From assembly GCA_040752075.1 (NCBI GenBank), contig JBFMFQ010000002.1:1-56871 (forward strand): 56,871 bases of DNA, in the 5' to 3' direction. A program made the translations under genes and the position numbers. Of this stretch, positions 26,530 through 34,128 are shown in pieces. The DNA comes from Candidatus Zixiibacteriota bacterium. GTDB taxonomy: Bacteria; Zixibacteria; MSB-5A5; WJJR01. Below the pieces are notes generated by a model. That model searched no databases. It saw nothing but the letters and a program-made list of their open reading frames with translations, and was not told the DNA's origin. Numbering within the stretch: position 1 is the stretch's first letter; each line of letters opens with the position of its first letter.

Positions 26530-27453
26530 ATGAGGCGCCGTTCAACCATGCGAATCGTTCCCGCCGCCTGCGCGGCTCTCTTGGGGTTATTGGCGACCGG
26601 GACATCGGTTTGGGCGCAAACGGGGGACTCGAAATCGGCGGGCTTTAAGTTTCTCACGATCGGCAGCGGCGCCCGTGCGGTCGGACTCGGGGAGACCATG
26701 GTCGCCGATATGGAGGATCCGTTCGTCCTCGAGTACAATCCTGCCGGCCTGGCCGGGATCGGCCGCGCCGTGGTGTCCTTCGCACACACCGAGTATTTCC
26801 AAGATACCCGTGGCGAGCACGTCGCGGCGTCGGTGCCCATTGGCCCTTGGGCGGCCGGGGCGCGTGTGGGGTACTTCGGCACAGAAGATCTTCCCTATCG
26901 CACCGGCCCCTCCGAGCAGCCGATCGCCTTCTTTGATGCGACCGATGGTGTCTTTCAGGCCGCCGTTGCGCGCCGAATGAATGAGACATTCTCGCTTGGG
27001 ATGTCCGCCGGCTATGTGATCGAACACATCGACCAGGAAACGGCACAGAGCGCGGTCTTCGCGCTGGGCGGCCAATACCGGCGCAGCGACCGTCTCACGG
27101 TGGGCGCCTCCCTGGTCAATTTCGGCCCCAGCGCCAGTTTCGTCGAGAAGGACTTCAAGATGCCCAACCGGTTCCAGTTGGGCGGTCTCTATCATTTCAA
27201 TCACTTCACCATTCGTGGCGAGCTGGTGGCCCCCGATAATCAGAACGCGAAGTGGCATTTGGGCACGGAGGCGACTCCCTCCCCCTACTTCGCGTTGCGC
27301 GCGGGCATCCGGCTCGGGTACGACTCGCAGGTCTTCTCCGCCGGGATTGGCGCGAAAACGCCCAACGGGCAATTCGGCGTCGACTACGCCTTTGTCCCGT
27401 ACAGCAACGATTTCGGTTCCACGCACCGGGTCGGTGTGTCGGTTCGTCCTTAA
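26530..27453 (+). CDS. PorV/PorQ-family outer-membrane beta-barrel (paralogue 2)
   Basis: Signal peptide MRRRSTMRIVPAACAALLGLLATGTSVWA. It carries the same motif as its neighbour (IGSGARAVGLGETMVADMEDPFVLEYNPAGLAGI) and has beta-barrel-like alternation throughout. Confidence 0.6.
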   Translation: MRRRSTMRIVPAACAALLGLLATGTSVWAQTGDSKSAGFKFLTIGSGARAVGLGETMVADMEDPFVLEYNPAGLAGIGRAVVSFAHTEYFQDTRGEHVAASVPIGPWAAGARVGYFGTEDLPYRTGPSEQPIAFFDATDGVFQAAVARRMNETFSLGMSAGYVIEHIDQETAQSAVFALGGQYRRSDRLTVGASLVNFGPSASFVEKDFKMPNRFQLGGLYHFNHFTIRGELVAPDNQNAKWHLGTEATPSPYFALRAGIRLGYDSQVFSAGIGAKTPNGQFGVDYAFVPYSNDFGSTHRVGVSVRP

Positions 27454-27502
27454 ATCGCACAATTCCCATTGACGCGACTCATTCGCGCCGTTTCATGCCT
27501 GC

Positions 27503-28381
27503 ATGAACCGGCCACGGCAGTTGTCATGCTTGTTGTCCTCGCTTCTTCCCGGGCTGACGGCACTGCCGGTCGCCGCCGCCGAAACGCCGGCGGACAGCCT
27601 CTCCGGCGGGTGGTTGGCGGCCGGGCGAAACGCCGAGCTGGCCGGAATCATCCTGTGCGTGATCGCCCTCGGAGTGACGGCATGGCTGGCGCGCCGGGGA
27701 AGAACTCCCCGTCTCCGGTCGCTGCCGGCGCTGGATGCGATTGGCAACGCCTTGGGCCGGGCCACGGAACAGGGAACGCCGGTGGTCTACATCACCGGCT
27801 GGGGCGGGGACATGGCGCGTCCGACGACCATGGCATCGATGGTCATTCTCTCCGAAGTGGCCCAGAACGCCGCAGGGATGAACTGCCGTCTGATTTTCCC
27901 CTCCCACGACCCGTTGGTGGCGTCGGTGGCCCAGGAGACCGTGCAGCAGGCGGCGCGCACAGCGGGCCGCCCGGATTGGTACCGCCCGGATGACGTGGCG
28001 TTTGTTTCGCAGAGCCAGTTGGGGTATGCCGCGGCGGTGGACGGGCTTATGGCGCGCGAACGGCCCGGCGCGGTCTTCCTCCTCGGCACGTTCGAAGGCG
28101 AGGCGCTGATTCTGGCCGAGACGGCCCATCAATCCCGCGCGGTGACGATCGCCGGAACCGACTCCACCATTCAGCTATCCTTTTTGCTTGTCGCCTGCGA
28201 TTACACATTGATCGGCGAGGAACTCTTCGCGGCCTCGGGGCTCGTGGCGAAGGACCAGACCATCGCGGCCGCGGTTTGGGGTCAGGACTGGCTTCGGTAT
28301 CTGATCATCACCACGCTCCTGGCCGGCGGCGCGTTGTTCTCTATCTGGGGATTCAACCTGGGTGCATGGCTAACAGGATGA
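27503..28381 (+). CDS. Uncharacterised membrane protein A (bitopic, about 190-aa soluble domain)
   Basis: 292 aa. N-terminal hydrophobic segments (LSCLLSSLLPGLTALPVAAA; LAGIILCVIALGVTAWLA), a soluble core, and a C-terminal helix LRYLIITTLLAGGALFSIWGF. No family recognised. It is the first gene of a tightly coupled four-gene set. Confidence 0.7.
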   Translation: MNRPRQLSCLLSSLLPGLTALPVAAAETPADSLSGGWLAAGRNAELAGIILCVIALGVTAWLARRGRTPRLRSLPALDAIGNALGRATEQGTPVVYITGWGGDMARPTTMASMVILSEVAQNAAGMNCRLIFPSHDPLVASVAQETVQQAARTAGRPDWYRPDDVAFVSQSQLGYAAAVDGLMARERPGAVFLLGTFEGEALILAETAHQSRAVTIAGTDSTIQLSFLLVACDYTLIGEELFAASGLVAKDQTIAAAVWGQDWLRYLIITTLLAGGALFSIWGFNLGAWLTG

Positions 28382-28388
28382 GAGTCGC

Positions 28389-29012
28389 ATGCTGAGAGAC
28401 TGGCTCTCCGTCGGCGTGGCAATGGCTGCCGGTCTGTTCATGACCGTGCAGTATTTCCTGGTCTCAGAGTCCGCCAACGCGGCCTACCGTACGGTTCTGC
28501 TGTGGATGCAGATTGTGTTCGCGTTCGCCCTGATCATCGGTGTGATCGGGGTGCTCCGGATTCACCTGAAGAAATTGTCGCGTCCAGGGAGCGGACGGAT
28601 CTATTCGGGAACACTGCTGGCGGGGGCTGTGCTGATGAGCGTGTTCGGGTTTTCCGGCGGCATCGAACGCGGGTCTGCCTTCCTCTGGGTCTTTGACAAC
28701 CTGCAGGCGCCGATGCAGTCGACTGTCTTTTCGCTGTTGGCCTTCTATGTGGCCTCGGCGGCCTACCGGGGGTTTCGCGCACGCTCCATGGAATCGGCGG
28801 TGCTGGTCATCGCGGCGTTGATCGTGCTCATAGGCCGTGTGCCCGTTGGGGAATGGCTCTCGCCGCACATTCCGGAATCGGCGGACTGGATATTGAATGT
28901 GCCCGCGCTCGCCGCCAAGCGCGCCATCCTGATCGGGATCGGACTCGGCATGATTGCGACCTCGCTTAAGGTGATCGCCGGACTTGAGCGCACCTACCTG
29001 GGGGGACGATAG
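28389..29012 (+). CDS. Uncharacterised polytopic membrane protein B (about 6 TM)
   Basis: 207 aa with about six hydrophobic segments (for example VLLWMQIVFAFALIIGVIGVL, TVFSLLAFYVASAAY, AILIGIGLGMIATSL). It starts 7 nt after gene A, with AGGATGAGAG upstream. Confidence 0.7.
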   Translation: MLRDWLSVGVAMAAGLFMTVQYFLVSESANAAYRTVLLWMQIVFAFALIIGVIGVLRIHLKKLSRPGSGRIYSGTLLAGAVLMSVFGFSGGIERGSAFLWVFDNLQAPMQSTVFSLLAFYVASAAYRGFRARSMESAVLVIAALIVLIGRVPVGEWLSPHIPESADWILNVPALAAKRAILIGIGLGMIATSLKVIAGLERTYLGGR

Positions 29013-29825
29013 ATGAGCGCCGCACCGCGCCGGTGGGTCTTCGCCGTAATGGGAGCGGTCGTGATCGGCGCACTCCTGTTTCGGGTGGGACTTCCCATTC
29101 GCATTACATCGGAGACACGGCAGGTCTACGAGCAGCTTGAGTCGCTCGACTCAAGTGACGTGGTCATGATCTCGTTTGACCACGAGGCGTCGAGTTTGCC
29201 GGAGATCGGCCCCATCGGGAGCGCCATCATCGACCATTGCCTGCGGCGCGGGACCAAGATCATCGGACTGGCGCTTTTTTCCGAAGGGACCGCGGCAGGA
29301 TACAGCCTGTTGGGCGATCGTGCCCGTCGTGCGGGCGCGGTCGAAGGCGAGGATTGGCTGTACCTGGGTTTTCGCCCGCAGTATGCCGCCGCGATTCTCG
29401 GCATGGGTGAGGACATCCCACAGGTATTCGAGACGGATTACCAAGGTCGCCCGCTCAGTGGCACGCCACTGGGGATGCGGGTTCACGACTATCGCGACAT
29501 CGCTATTGTCGTTTCCCTCTCGGATGGATCGATGCCCACCTATTGGGTGGAATACGCCGGCGCCCGCTATGGAGCGCGGGTGGTCGCGGCCCTCACCGCG
29601 GTGATGGTGACATCGTTTTTGCCCTACCTGGAATCCGGCCAGCTGGCCGGCATCGTGCCCGGCATGAAGGGCGCGGCCGAGTATGAGCAGTTGATGGGGC
29701 TTCCGGCGGCGGGCACCCGGGGCATGGACGCCCAATCGGCGGCGCATGTGGTCATCGCGGTGCTGGTTGTCCTCGGCAACATTCAGGCCTGGAGTGATCG
29801 TCGACGAGCGCGGAGGTCGCCATGA
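29013..29825 (+). CDS. Uncharacterised membrane protein A' (bitopic, apparent remote paralogue of A)
   Basis: 270 aa with an N-terminal helix WVFAVMGAVVIGALLF and a C-terminal helix AAHVVIAVLVVLGNI. The ATG abuts the stop of gene B (TAGATG), with GGGGGA upstream. Several short motifs line up with protein A. Confidence 0.7.
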   Translation: MSAAPRRWVFAVMGAVVIGALLFRVGLPIRITSETRQVYEQLESLDSSDVVMISFDHEASSLPEIGPIGSAIIDHCLRRGTKIIGLALFSEGTAAGYSLLGDRARRAGAVEGEDWLYLGFRPQYAAAILGMGEDIPQVFETDYQGRPLSGTPLGMRVHDYRDIAIVVSLSDGSMPTYWVEYAGARYGARVVAALTAVMVTSFLPYLESGQLAGIVPGMKGAAEYEQLMGLPAAGTRGMDAQSAAHVVIAVLVVLGNIQAWSDRRRARRSP

Positions 29826-30418
29826 CGATTGAGGTCACTCTCACCGCCCTGCTGACTTTGGCGATCTACTCCTTTCTCGCCGGCGACAACCCGTTTTATC
29901 GGTTTGCCGAGCACCTGCTGGTCGGCCTGACCATCGGTTACACGTTGGTGGTCACCATCAAGTCGGTCATCTGGCCGCAATGCGCGATCCCCATCGGCAA
30001 CGGCCAACTCTCCGCCATCATCCCGCTGGTCCTCGGACTATTGATCTTGCTGCGGTTGTCGCGTTCACTCGCCCCCTGGTCGCGCATCCCGCTCGCCCTG
30101 GTGGTGGGGGGCGGCGCGGGGGTCGCCATTCCGGCCATGCTCCAAGCCCGGGTCTTAAGCCAAATGGAGGCGACCATTTCCGGCACGGGGTCGGTCACTG
30201 GGTGGATTGTGCTCATCGGGGTGGTTACGACCCTGACCTACTTTGTCTTCACCCGCGAGCATCGGGGAGCCTGGGGGGCGGCCGCCCGTGGAGGGCGCCT
30301 ATTTATGATGGTCTTTTTCGGGGCGACGTTTGCCTACACGGTGATGTCGCGTGTGGCGCTCCTCATCGGCCGCCTGGAGTTCCTTCTTGGGGACTGGCTT
30401 GGTCTCCTGCGGACTTGA
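29822..30418 (+). CDS. Uncharacterised polytopic membrane protein B' (about 6 TM)
   Basis: 198 aa. ATGA start/stop overlap with gene A' and GGAGG 6 nt upstream. Hydrophobic segments include VTLTALLTLAIYSFLAG, LSAIIPLVLGLLILL, IPLALVVGGGAGVAIPAML and LFMMVFFGATFAYTVM. Confidence 0.7.
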   Translation: MTIEVTLTALLTLAIYSFLAGDNPFYRFAEHLLVGLTIGYTLVVTIKSVIWPQCAIPIGNGQLSAIIPLVLGLLILLRLSRSLAPWSRIPLALVVGGGAGVAIPAMLQARVLSQMEATISGTGSVTGWIVLIGVVTTLTYFVFTREHRGAWGAAARGGRLFMMVFFGATFAYTVMSRVALLIGRLEFLLGDWLGLLRT

Positions 30419-30433
30419 CCCGGGGGCGCCGCG

Positions 30434-30610
30434 ATGACCTGCCCGAGATGCAAGTCCGCCATGGTCGAGCAGAAGCGGGTGTTCCACGGCCAGCGCAAAT
30501 GGGTTTGCCCCGCTTGCGGCCGGGTCCGCTTTCAGGCTGTCAAAAAGCGGGTGACCCGGCGGCGTGATCGTGATCATTCGGCGCACCCACAGGGCCGATC
30601 TAGAAAATAG
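30434..30610 (+). CDS. Small zinc-ribbon protein (58 aa), absent from the ORF track
   Basis: My translation is MTCPRCKSAMVEQKRVFHGQRKWVCPACGRVRFQAVKKRVTRRRDRDHSAHPQGRSRK, ending at TAG 30608-30610. It has CPxC-N18-CPxC and a strongly basic tail. It starts 15 nt after gene B'. Confidence 0.55.
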   Translation: MTCPRCKSAMVEQKRVFHGQRKWVCPACGRVRFQAVKKRVTRRRDRDHSAHPQGRSRK

Positions 30611-30625
30611 TGGACAGGATCATGC

Positions 30626-30653
30626 CCCGGCGGACTTTTGTGTTGCCGCCGGG
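30626..30653 (+). terminator. Stem-loop after the zinc-ribbon gene
   Basis: CCCGGCGG (30626-30633) pairs with CCGCCGGG (30646-30653) across a 12-nt T-rich loop. There is no trailing U tract, so the function is uncertain. Confidence 0.25.
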
Positions 30654-30721
30654 AGCGTGGAACGATAGGTTTGCGCGGCGGCGTTGCAAGGGGGCGGCGC
30701 CGGCTCTGTTATCGGGGTATC

Positions 30722-31657
30722 ATGGGAAATCGTCGCATGTTATGGCTGGCGGGCGGACTGATTGTCGCCGCCATCGCGTTCGGAACACCGCAGCAGGCGC
30801 AGACTCCCCCCTCGGGTGACCGACCCGGGGTGGAAAGCGCCACGACGGCCAGCATCGAGTGGACGGTCTGCGAAACGCCGCCGCCGGGGATTGAGAGACG
30901 CCCTTCGATGCGCTGCCAATCGGCGCTGGTTGTCGATAATTCCGGCCGGCAGATACTGTTCGAGAAGAACTCCCACCAACGCCGTCCCATCGCCTCCCTC
31001 ACGAAGCTCTTGACCGCGCTGGTTTTCCTTGAAACAGGCACGGATTTGCTGAAGACCGCCACGGTGACCGAGGAGGATGCGCTCAACTCCAGCAAATCGC
31101 ACCTGCGGACCGGGGAGGAGCTCACGCTCCGGGATTTCCTGTCGGCCGCACTCGTGAGTTCGGACAATCGCGCGGCACGGGTGCTCGCGCGTTCAACTTC
31201 GATGACGGCCGATCAGTTCATCGCGCGGATGAACGAGCGCGCCCGCGAACTGGGGATGGACTCCACCTCGGTGGTCGAACCGACGGGACTTTCGGAACTC
31301 AACTTGTCGACCGCCTACGACTGCGCGATTCTGATCAACGCCGCCCTGGAAAACCATTTGATCCGGGAAATCACGACGACGCCGGAAATCACGCTTTACC
31401 CCTTAAACCGTAAACGGTCGCATCGCCTGGTGAACACCAATCGCCTGCTGCGTTTTGGCCGCGAGTTCCTCGGTTCCAAAACCGGGTACATCAGCGAGTC
31501 CGGGTGGTGCATTGCGGCCCGTGCACGCTCCGGCGAGGAGCATGACGTGACCGTGATCGTGCTCGGCGCACCTTCGAACAACCAGAGATTCCGGGCCTTG
31601 GACAACGCTCTACGGTGGGCCTATCGCTTCCCACAGCGAAGCCCGCAGAAATCCTGA
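30722..31657 (+). CDS. D-alanyl-D-alanine carboxypeptidase (peptidase S11, low-MW PBP)
   Basis: All three PBP motifs are present: SxxK (IASLTKLLTA), SxN (VSSDNRAA) and KTG (SKTGYI). Signal/anchor MGNRRMLWLAGGLIVAAIAFG. The ORF track start is 30638. Confidence 0.85.
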   Translation: MGNRRMLWLAGGLIVAAIAFGTPQQAQTPPSGDRPGVESATTASIEWTVCETPPPGIERRPSMRCQSALVVDNSGRQILFEKNSHQRRPIASLTKLLTALVFLETGTDLLKTATVTEEDALNSSKSHLRTGEELTLRDFLSAALVSSDNRAARVLARSTSMTADQFIARMNERARELGMDSTSVVEPTGLSELNLSTAYDCAILINAALENHLIREITTTPEITLYPLNRKRSHRLVNTNRLLRFGREFLGSKTGYISESGWCIAARARSGEEHDVTVIVLGAPSNNQRFRALDNALRWAYRFPQRSPQKS

Positions 31658-31665
31658 GGCTGAAA

Positions 31666-31968
31666 ATGGGCAAGGACGCCGAAGTACCGTCGGGAGCCGT
31701 GTCGGGCGGCCTGGACGAAATCGCCGAGATCCTTGATGAGGATCACCTCGAATTCGAGGAGTTGCTCCTCAACATCCAGGAGCGCATCGGACACCTGGAG
31801 ACCCGCATCGCCTCCCTCGCATCGCAGACCGCGGAAACCCGCGGCGAACTGGGTGAAACCCGCGAGATCATCGAGACCCTTGATGCGAAGCTGGACCGTT
31901 TGCTTGGCTTGCTAACGGGGCGCGCCAATGTGCGGTCCGGCGAGCCCGTCGAGCCCGCGGACCATTGA
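31666..31968 (+). CDS. Acidic coiled-coil protein, unknown function (100 aa)
   Basis: ATG lies 8 nt after the carboxypeptidase stop, with GAGG 8 nt upstream. Heptad-like sequence EELLLNIQERIGHLETRIASLASQTAETRGELGETREIIETLDAKLDRLLGLL. Confidence 0.5.
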   Translation: MGKDAEVPSGAVSGGLDEIAEILDEDHLEFEELLLNIQERIGHLETRIASLASQTAETRGELGETREIIETLDAKLDRLLGLLTGRANVRSGEPVEPADH

Positions 31969-32016
31969 GGCTAACCCCGTCACGGTCACTGGGGAGCAAC
32001 GGACGAGCGGCAGGAT

Positions 32017-32460
32017 CTAACGATCGCCGGGATTCTTCTTGAGCAGGTCTTCTGCCAGGGAAAGAGCGACCCCTGAGAGCATGACTTCCACCCCCAGATT
32101 CGCGAAATCTCCAGAAATTAAATCCCGCCGGACATTGGCATAGACGGAGCAGGCCGCTTCGCGTTCCACCACGAGACCGGAGAGCCAGCGTTCCGATTCG
32201 CTCACGAACGTGACCTCGCCGAGCTCCTCGGAGACCACAAAGCCGGTGCAGTTGTGGAGTTGGAGATGGCCGCCAATGGTGTACACGACAACCATCGAGC
32301 CCTGTTCCTTGCCCAGCCGGACCGTCGGGTAGATTTCGAGTACCAGCATCCGCCGGTCGGTGGCGTTGACCAGTTTGAGCCGGTGGTGGTCGGTCTCAAA
32401 GCTCCGCGATTCCGGCTGGAGACACTTGGCGATATTGTCGATGTCGTTGTCGTTGAACAT
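32017..32460 (-). CDS. Hypothetical protein (147 aa)
   Basis: Clean ORF with GGGAG about 9 nt upstream of the ATG. No motif recognised. Confidence 0.5.
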   Translation of the reverse strand: MFNDNDIDNIAKCLQPESRSFETDHHRLKLVNATDRRMLVLEIYPTVRLGKEQGSMVVVYTIGGHLQLHNCTGFVVSEELGEVTFVSESERWLSGLVVEREAACSVYANVRRDLISGDFANLGVEVMLSGVALSLAEDLLKKNPGDR

Positions 32461-32510
32461 CTTGACGGGCTCCCGTTGGGGTCGGAGAGTTCCTGGTTGT
32501 GGCGATTCAC

Positions 32511-32744
32511 TCAGGGTGCGTGTTCATCTTTGGCGGTATCGTCCGTGGGCTTGCGTTCCTTTGGCCGGGGTGGTTCCGGGGGTGGCGCATTAATGGCATC
32601 CTGAGTCTCCTGCATCGCCTTTTTGAAGTCGTGGATTCCCTTACCGATGGCATGCGCGATGTCGGGTATCCGCTTGGAGCCGAAAAGCAGAAGCACCACG
32701 AGGAAGATGAGGATGAGTTCCTGAACGCCGATCCCGCCGAACAT
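32511..32744 (-). CDS. tatA: Twin-arginine translocase subunit TatA/E
   Basis: MFGGIGVQELILIFLVVLLLFGSKRIPDIAHAIGKGIHDFKKA is the canonical TatA TM helix plus amphipathic helix. GGAGG lies about 10 nt upstream. Confidence 0.9.
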   Translation of the reverse strand: MFGGIGVQELILIFLVVLLLFGSKRIPDIAHAIGKGIHDFKKAMQETQDAINAPPPEPPRPKERKPTDDTAKDEHAP

Positions 32745-32768
32745 AAGAAAGCGCCTCCAGTGTATATA

Positions 32769-33065
32769 CTACAGATACCACCACTGGAAGTAGACAAATA
32801 CAAGGAGCACAAAGAGAACGCTGACAAAATTGATCTTGATGGTCAGGCCGAAAACGAGGGTCATGGCATAGAGATTCAAGACGAGCGGCTCGGCCGGGCC
32901 CATTCCAATTCCGCGTCCCAAACCGATCTCGATACTGGTCTCAAAGAGAGTTTTTATGGTGCCTTCGGGCAGGAAGGACCCGACCAGACTTCCGATCAAT
33001 CCACCGGCAACAGCCCCGAGGATCATGCCCACGATCAGGAAGGTGAATTCCTGTCGCTTGAGCAT
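32769..33065 (-). CDS. Small membrane protein, DUF4321-like
   Basis: 98 aa with an N-terminal helix FTFLIVGMILGAVAGGLIGSLVG and a C-terminal helix. Size and layout resemble DUF4321 as I remember it. Its start abuts the purQ stop. Confidence 0.55.
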   Translation of the reverse strand: MLKRQEFTFLIVGMILGAVAGGLIGSLVGSFLPEGTIKTLFETSIEIGLGRGIGMGPAEPLVLNLYAMTLVFGLTIKINFVSVLFVLLVFVYFQWWYL

Positions 33066-33805
33066 CAGACCTCCCGATCGGTGACCATGCGGCGGCGGAT
33101 GACCGGATCGATCCCGGTGGCCGTTGTGCCCAGAAGTGAATTGAAGAGGACGAGGCCGTCCTCGCTGCCCAGGATCGCTTCGACCGCCCGTTCCGGGTGG
33201 GGCATCATGCCAAGCACATTGCCCTCCCGGCTGATGATGCCGGCGATGCTGCGGCGCGAGCCATTTGGATTGGAGGCCTCATCCGGCACCCCGCGTGCAT
33301 TGACATAGCGGAACACGATGCGGCCGGAACTCTCCAATTCCATGAGAGTCTCCTCGTCCGCGTAGTAGTTCCCTTCCGCGTGCGCGATGGGGACTCTCAG
33401 GATCTGTCCCGGACGGCAGCCGCGTGTGAACGGTGTACGCGTGGTCTCGACACGCAGGCGAACCCATTGGCAGGCAAATCGCTGGGTGTCGTTGCGCAGC
33501 ATGGCGCCGGGCAGGAGCCCGGCTTCCAGGAGGATTTGGAACCCGTTGCAGATACCCCAGACCAATCCGCCGCTCTCGGCAAACTTGATGACCGATTTCA
33601 TCACCGGCGAGAAACGCGCAATCGCCCCGGCGCGCAGGTAATCACCGAACGAGAACCCGCCCGGCAGGATGACGCATTCGACATCCTTCAGGTCGGAATC
33701 GGCGTGCCAGAGAAACTCCACCGGGGCGCCCAGCACCCACCGCAAGCCGGCATAGGCATCGTAATCGCAATTCGAACCCGGGAATGTGACCACGCCGAAT
33801 CTCAC
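33065..33805 (-). CDS. purQ: Phosphoribosylformylglycinamidine synthase subunit PurQ (glutaminase)
   Basis: [18 protein letters not shown]..., catalytic Cys in GICNGFQIL, and HAEG/HPER near the C-terminus. Confidence 0.95.
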   Translation of the reverse strand: MRFGVVTFPGSNCDYDAYAGLRWVLGAPVEFLWHADSDLKDVECVILPGGFSFGDYLRAGAIARFSPVMKSVIKFAESGGLVWGICNGFQILLEAGLLPGAMLRNDTQRFACQWVRLRVETTRTPFTRGCRPGQILRVPIAHAEGNYYADEETLMELESSGRIVFRYVNARGVPDEASNPNGSRRSIAGIISREGNVLGMMPHPERAVEAILGSEDGLVLFNSLLGTTATGIDPVIRRRMVTDREV

Positions 33806-34047
33806 TGGCCGACCTCCACCTGGTAAGTTTCGATCACAGGATTCGCGAGCAACCGATCCGAGATCTCCTTAAGCCGCTGCCGCAGGGCATCGTCGGATCC
33901 GGCCTCCATTTCGATCTCAAAGGTCCGGCCCGTGCGAACACCCCTCACCCAATCGTAACCCATCTGTTGAAGGGCGCGCTGGATGGTCACCCCCTGCGGG
34001 TCCAAGACCCCATCTTTCAACCGGACTTTGACGGTTCCCTTAACCAC
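33802..34047 (-). CDS. purS: Phosphoribosylformylglycinamidine synthase subunit PurS
   Basis: (M)[30 protein letters not shown]... is typical of PurS. The GTG at 34047 gives 81 aa, the usual length. The ORF track start 34077 is a TTG that adds 10 atypical residues. 4-nt overlap with purQ. Confidence 0.85.
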   Translation of the reverse strand: MVKGTVKVRLKDGVLDPQGVTIQRALQQMGYDWVRGVRTGRTFEIEMEAGSDDALRQRLKEISDRLLANPVIETYQVEVGQ

Positions 34048-34054
34048 GGTGACA

Positions 34055-34084
34055 ATTATACATGGCGGTGCGATCAATTCCCAA
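34055..34084 (-). promoter_or_regulatory. Promoter with an extended -10 placed 7 nt from the purS GTG (leaderless geometry)
   Basis: On the minus strand: TTGGGA (34079-34084), an 18-nt spacer, TGTATAAT (34055-34062), TGTCACC, then GTG (34047). Confidence 0.4.
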
Positions 34085-34128
34085 CGGAATCGTCGCCGAC
34101 GTGCCGGGCGGACCGAAGTGAATGAAAC

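Noticed and set aside
32499-33308. 269-aa plus-strand ORF
   Set aside because: It is antisense to tatA, the DUF4321-like gene and purQ, all of which are recognisable. It has no motif of its own.
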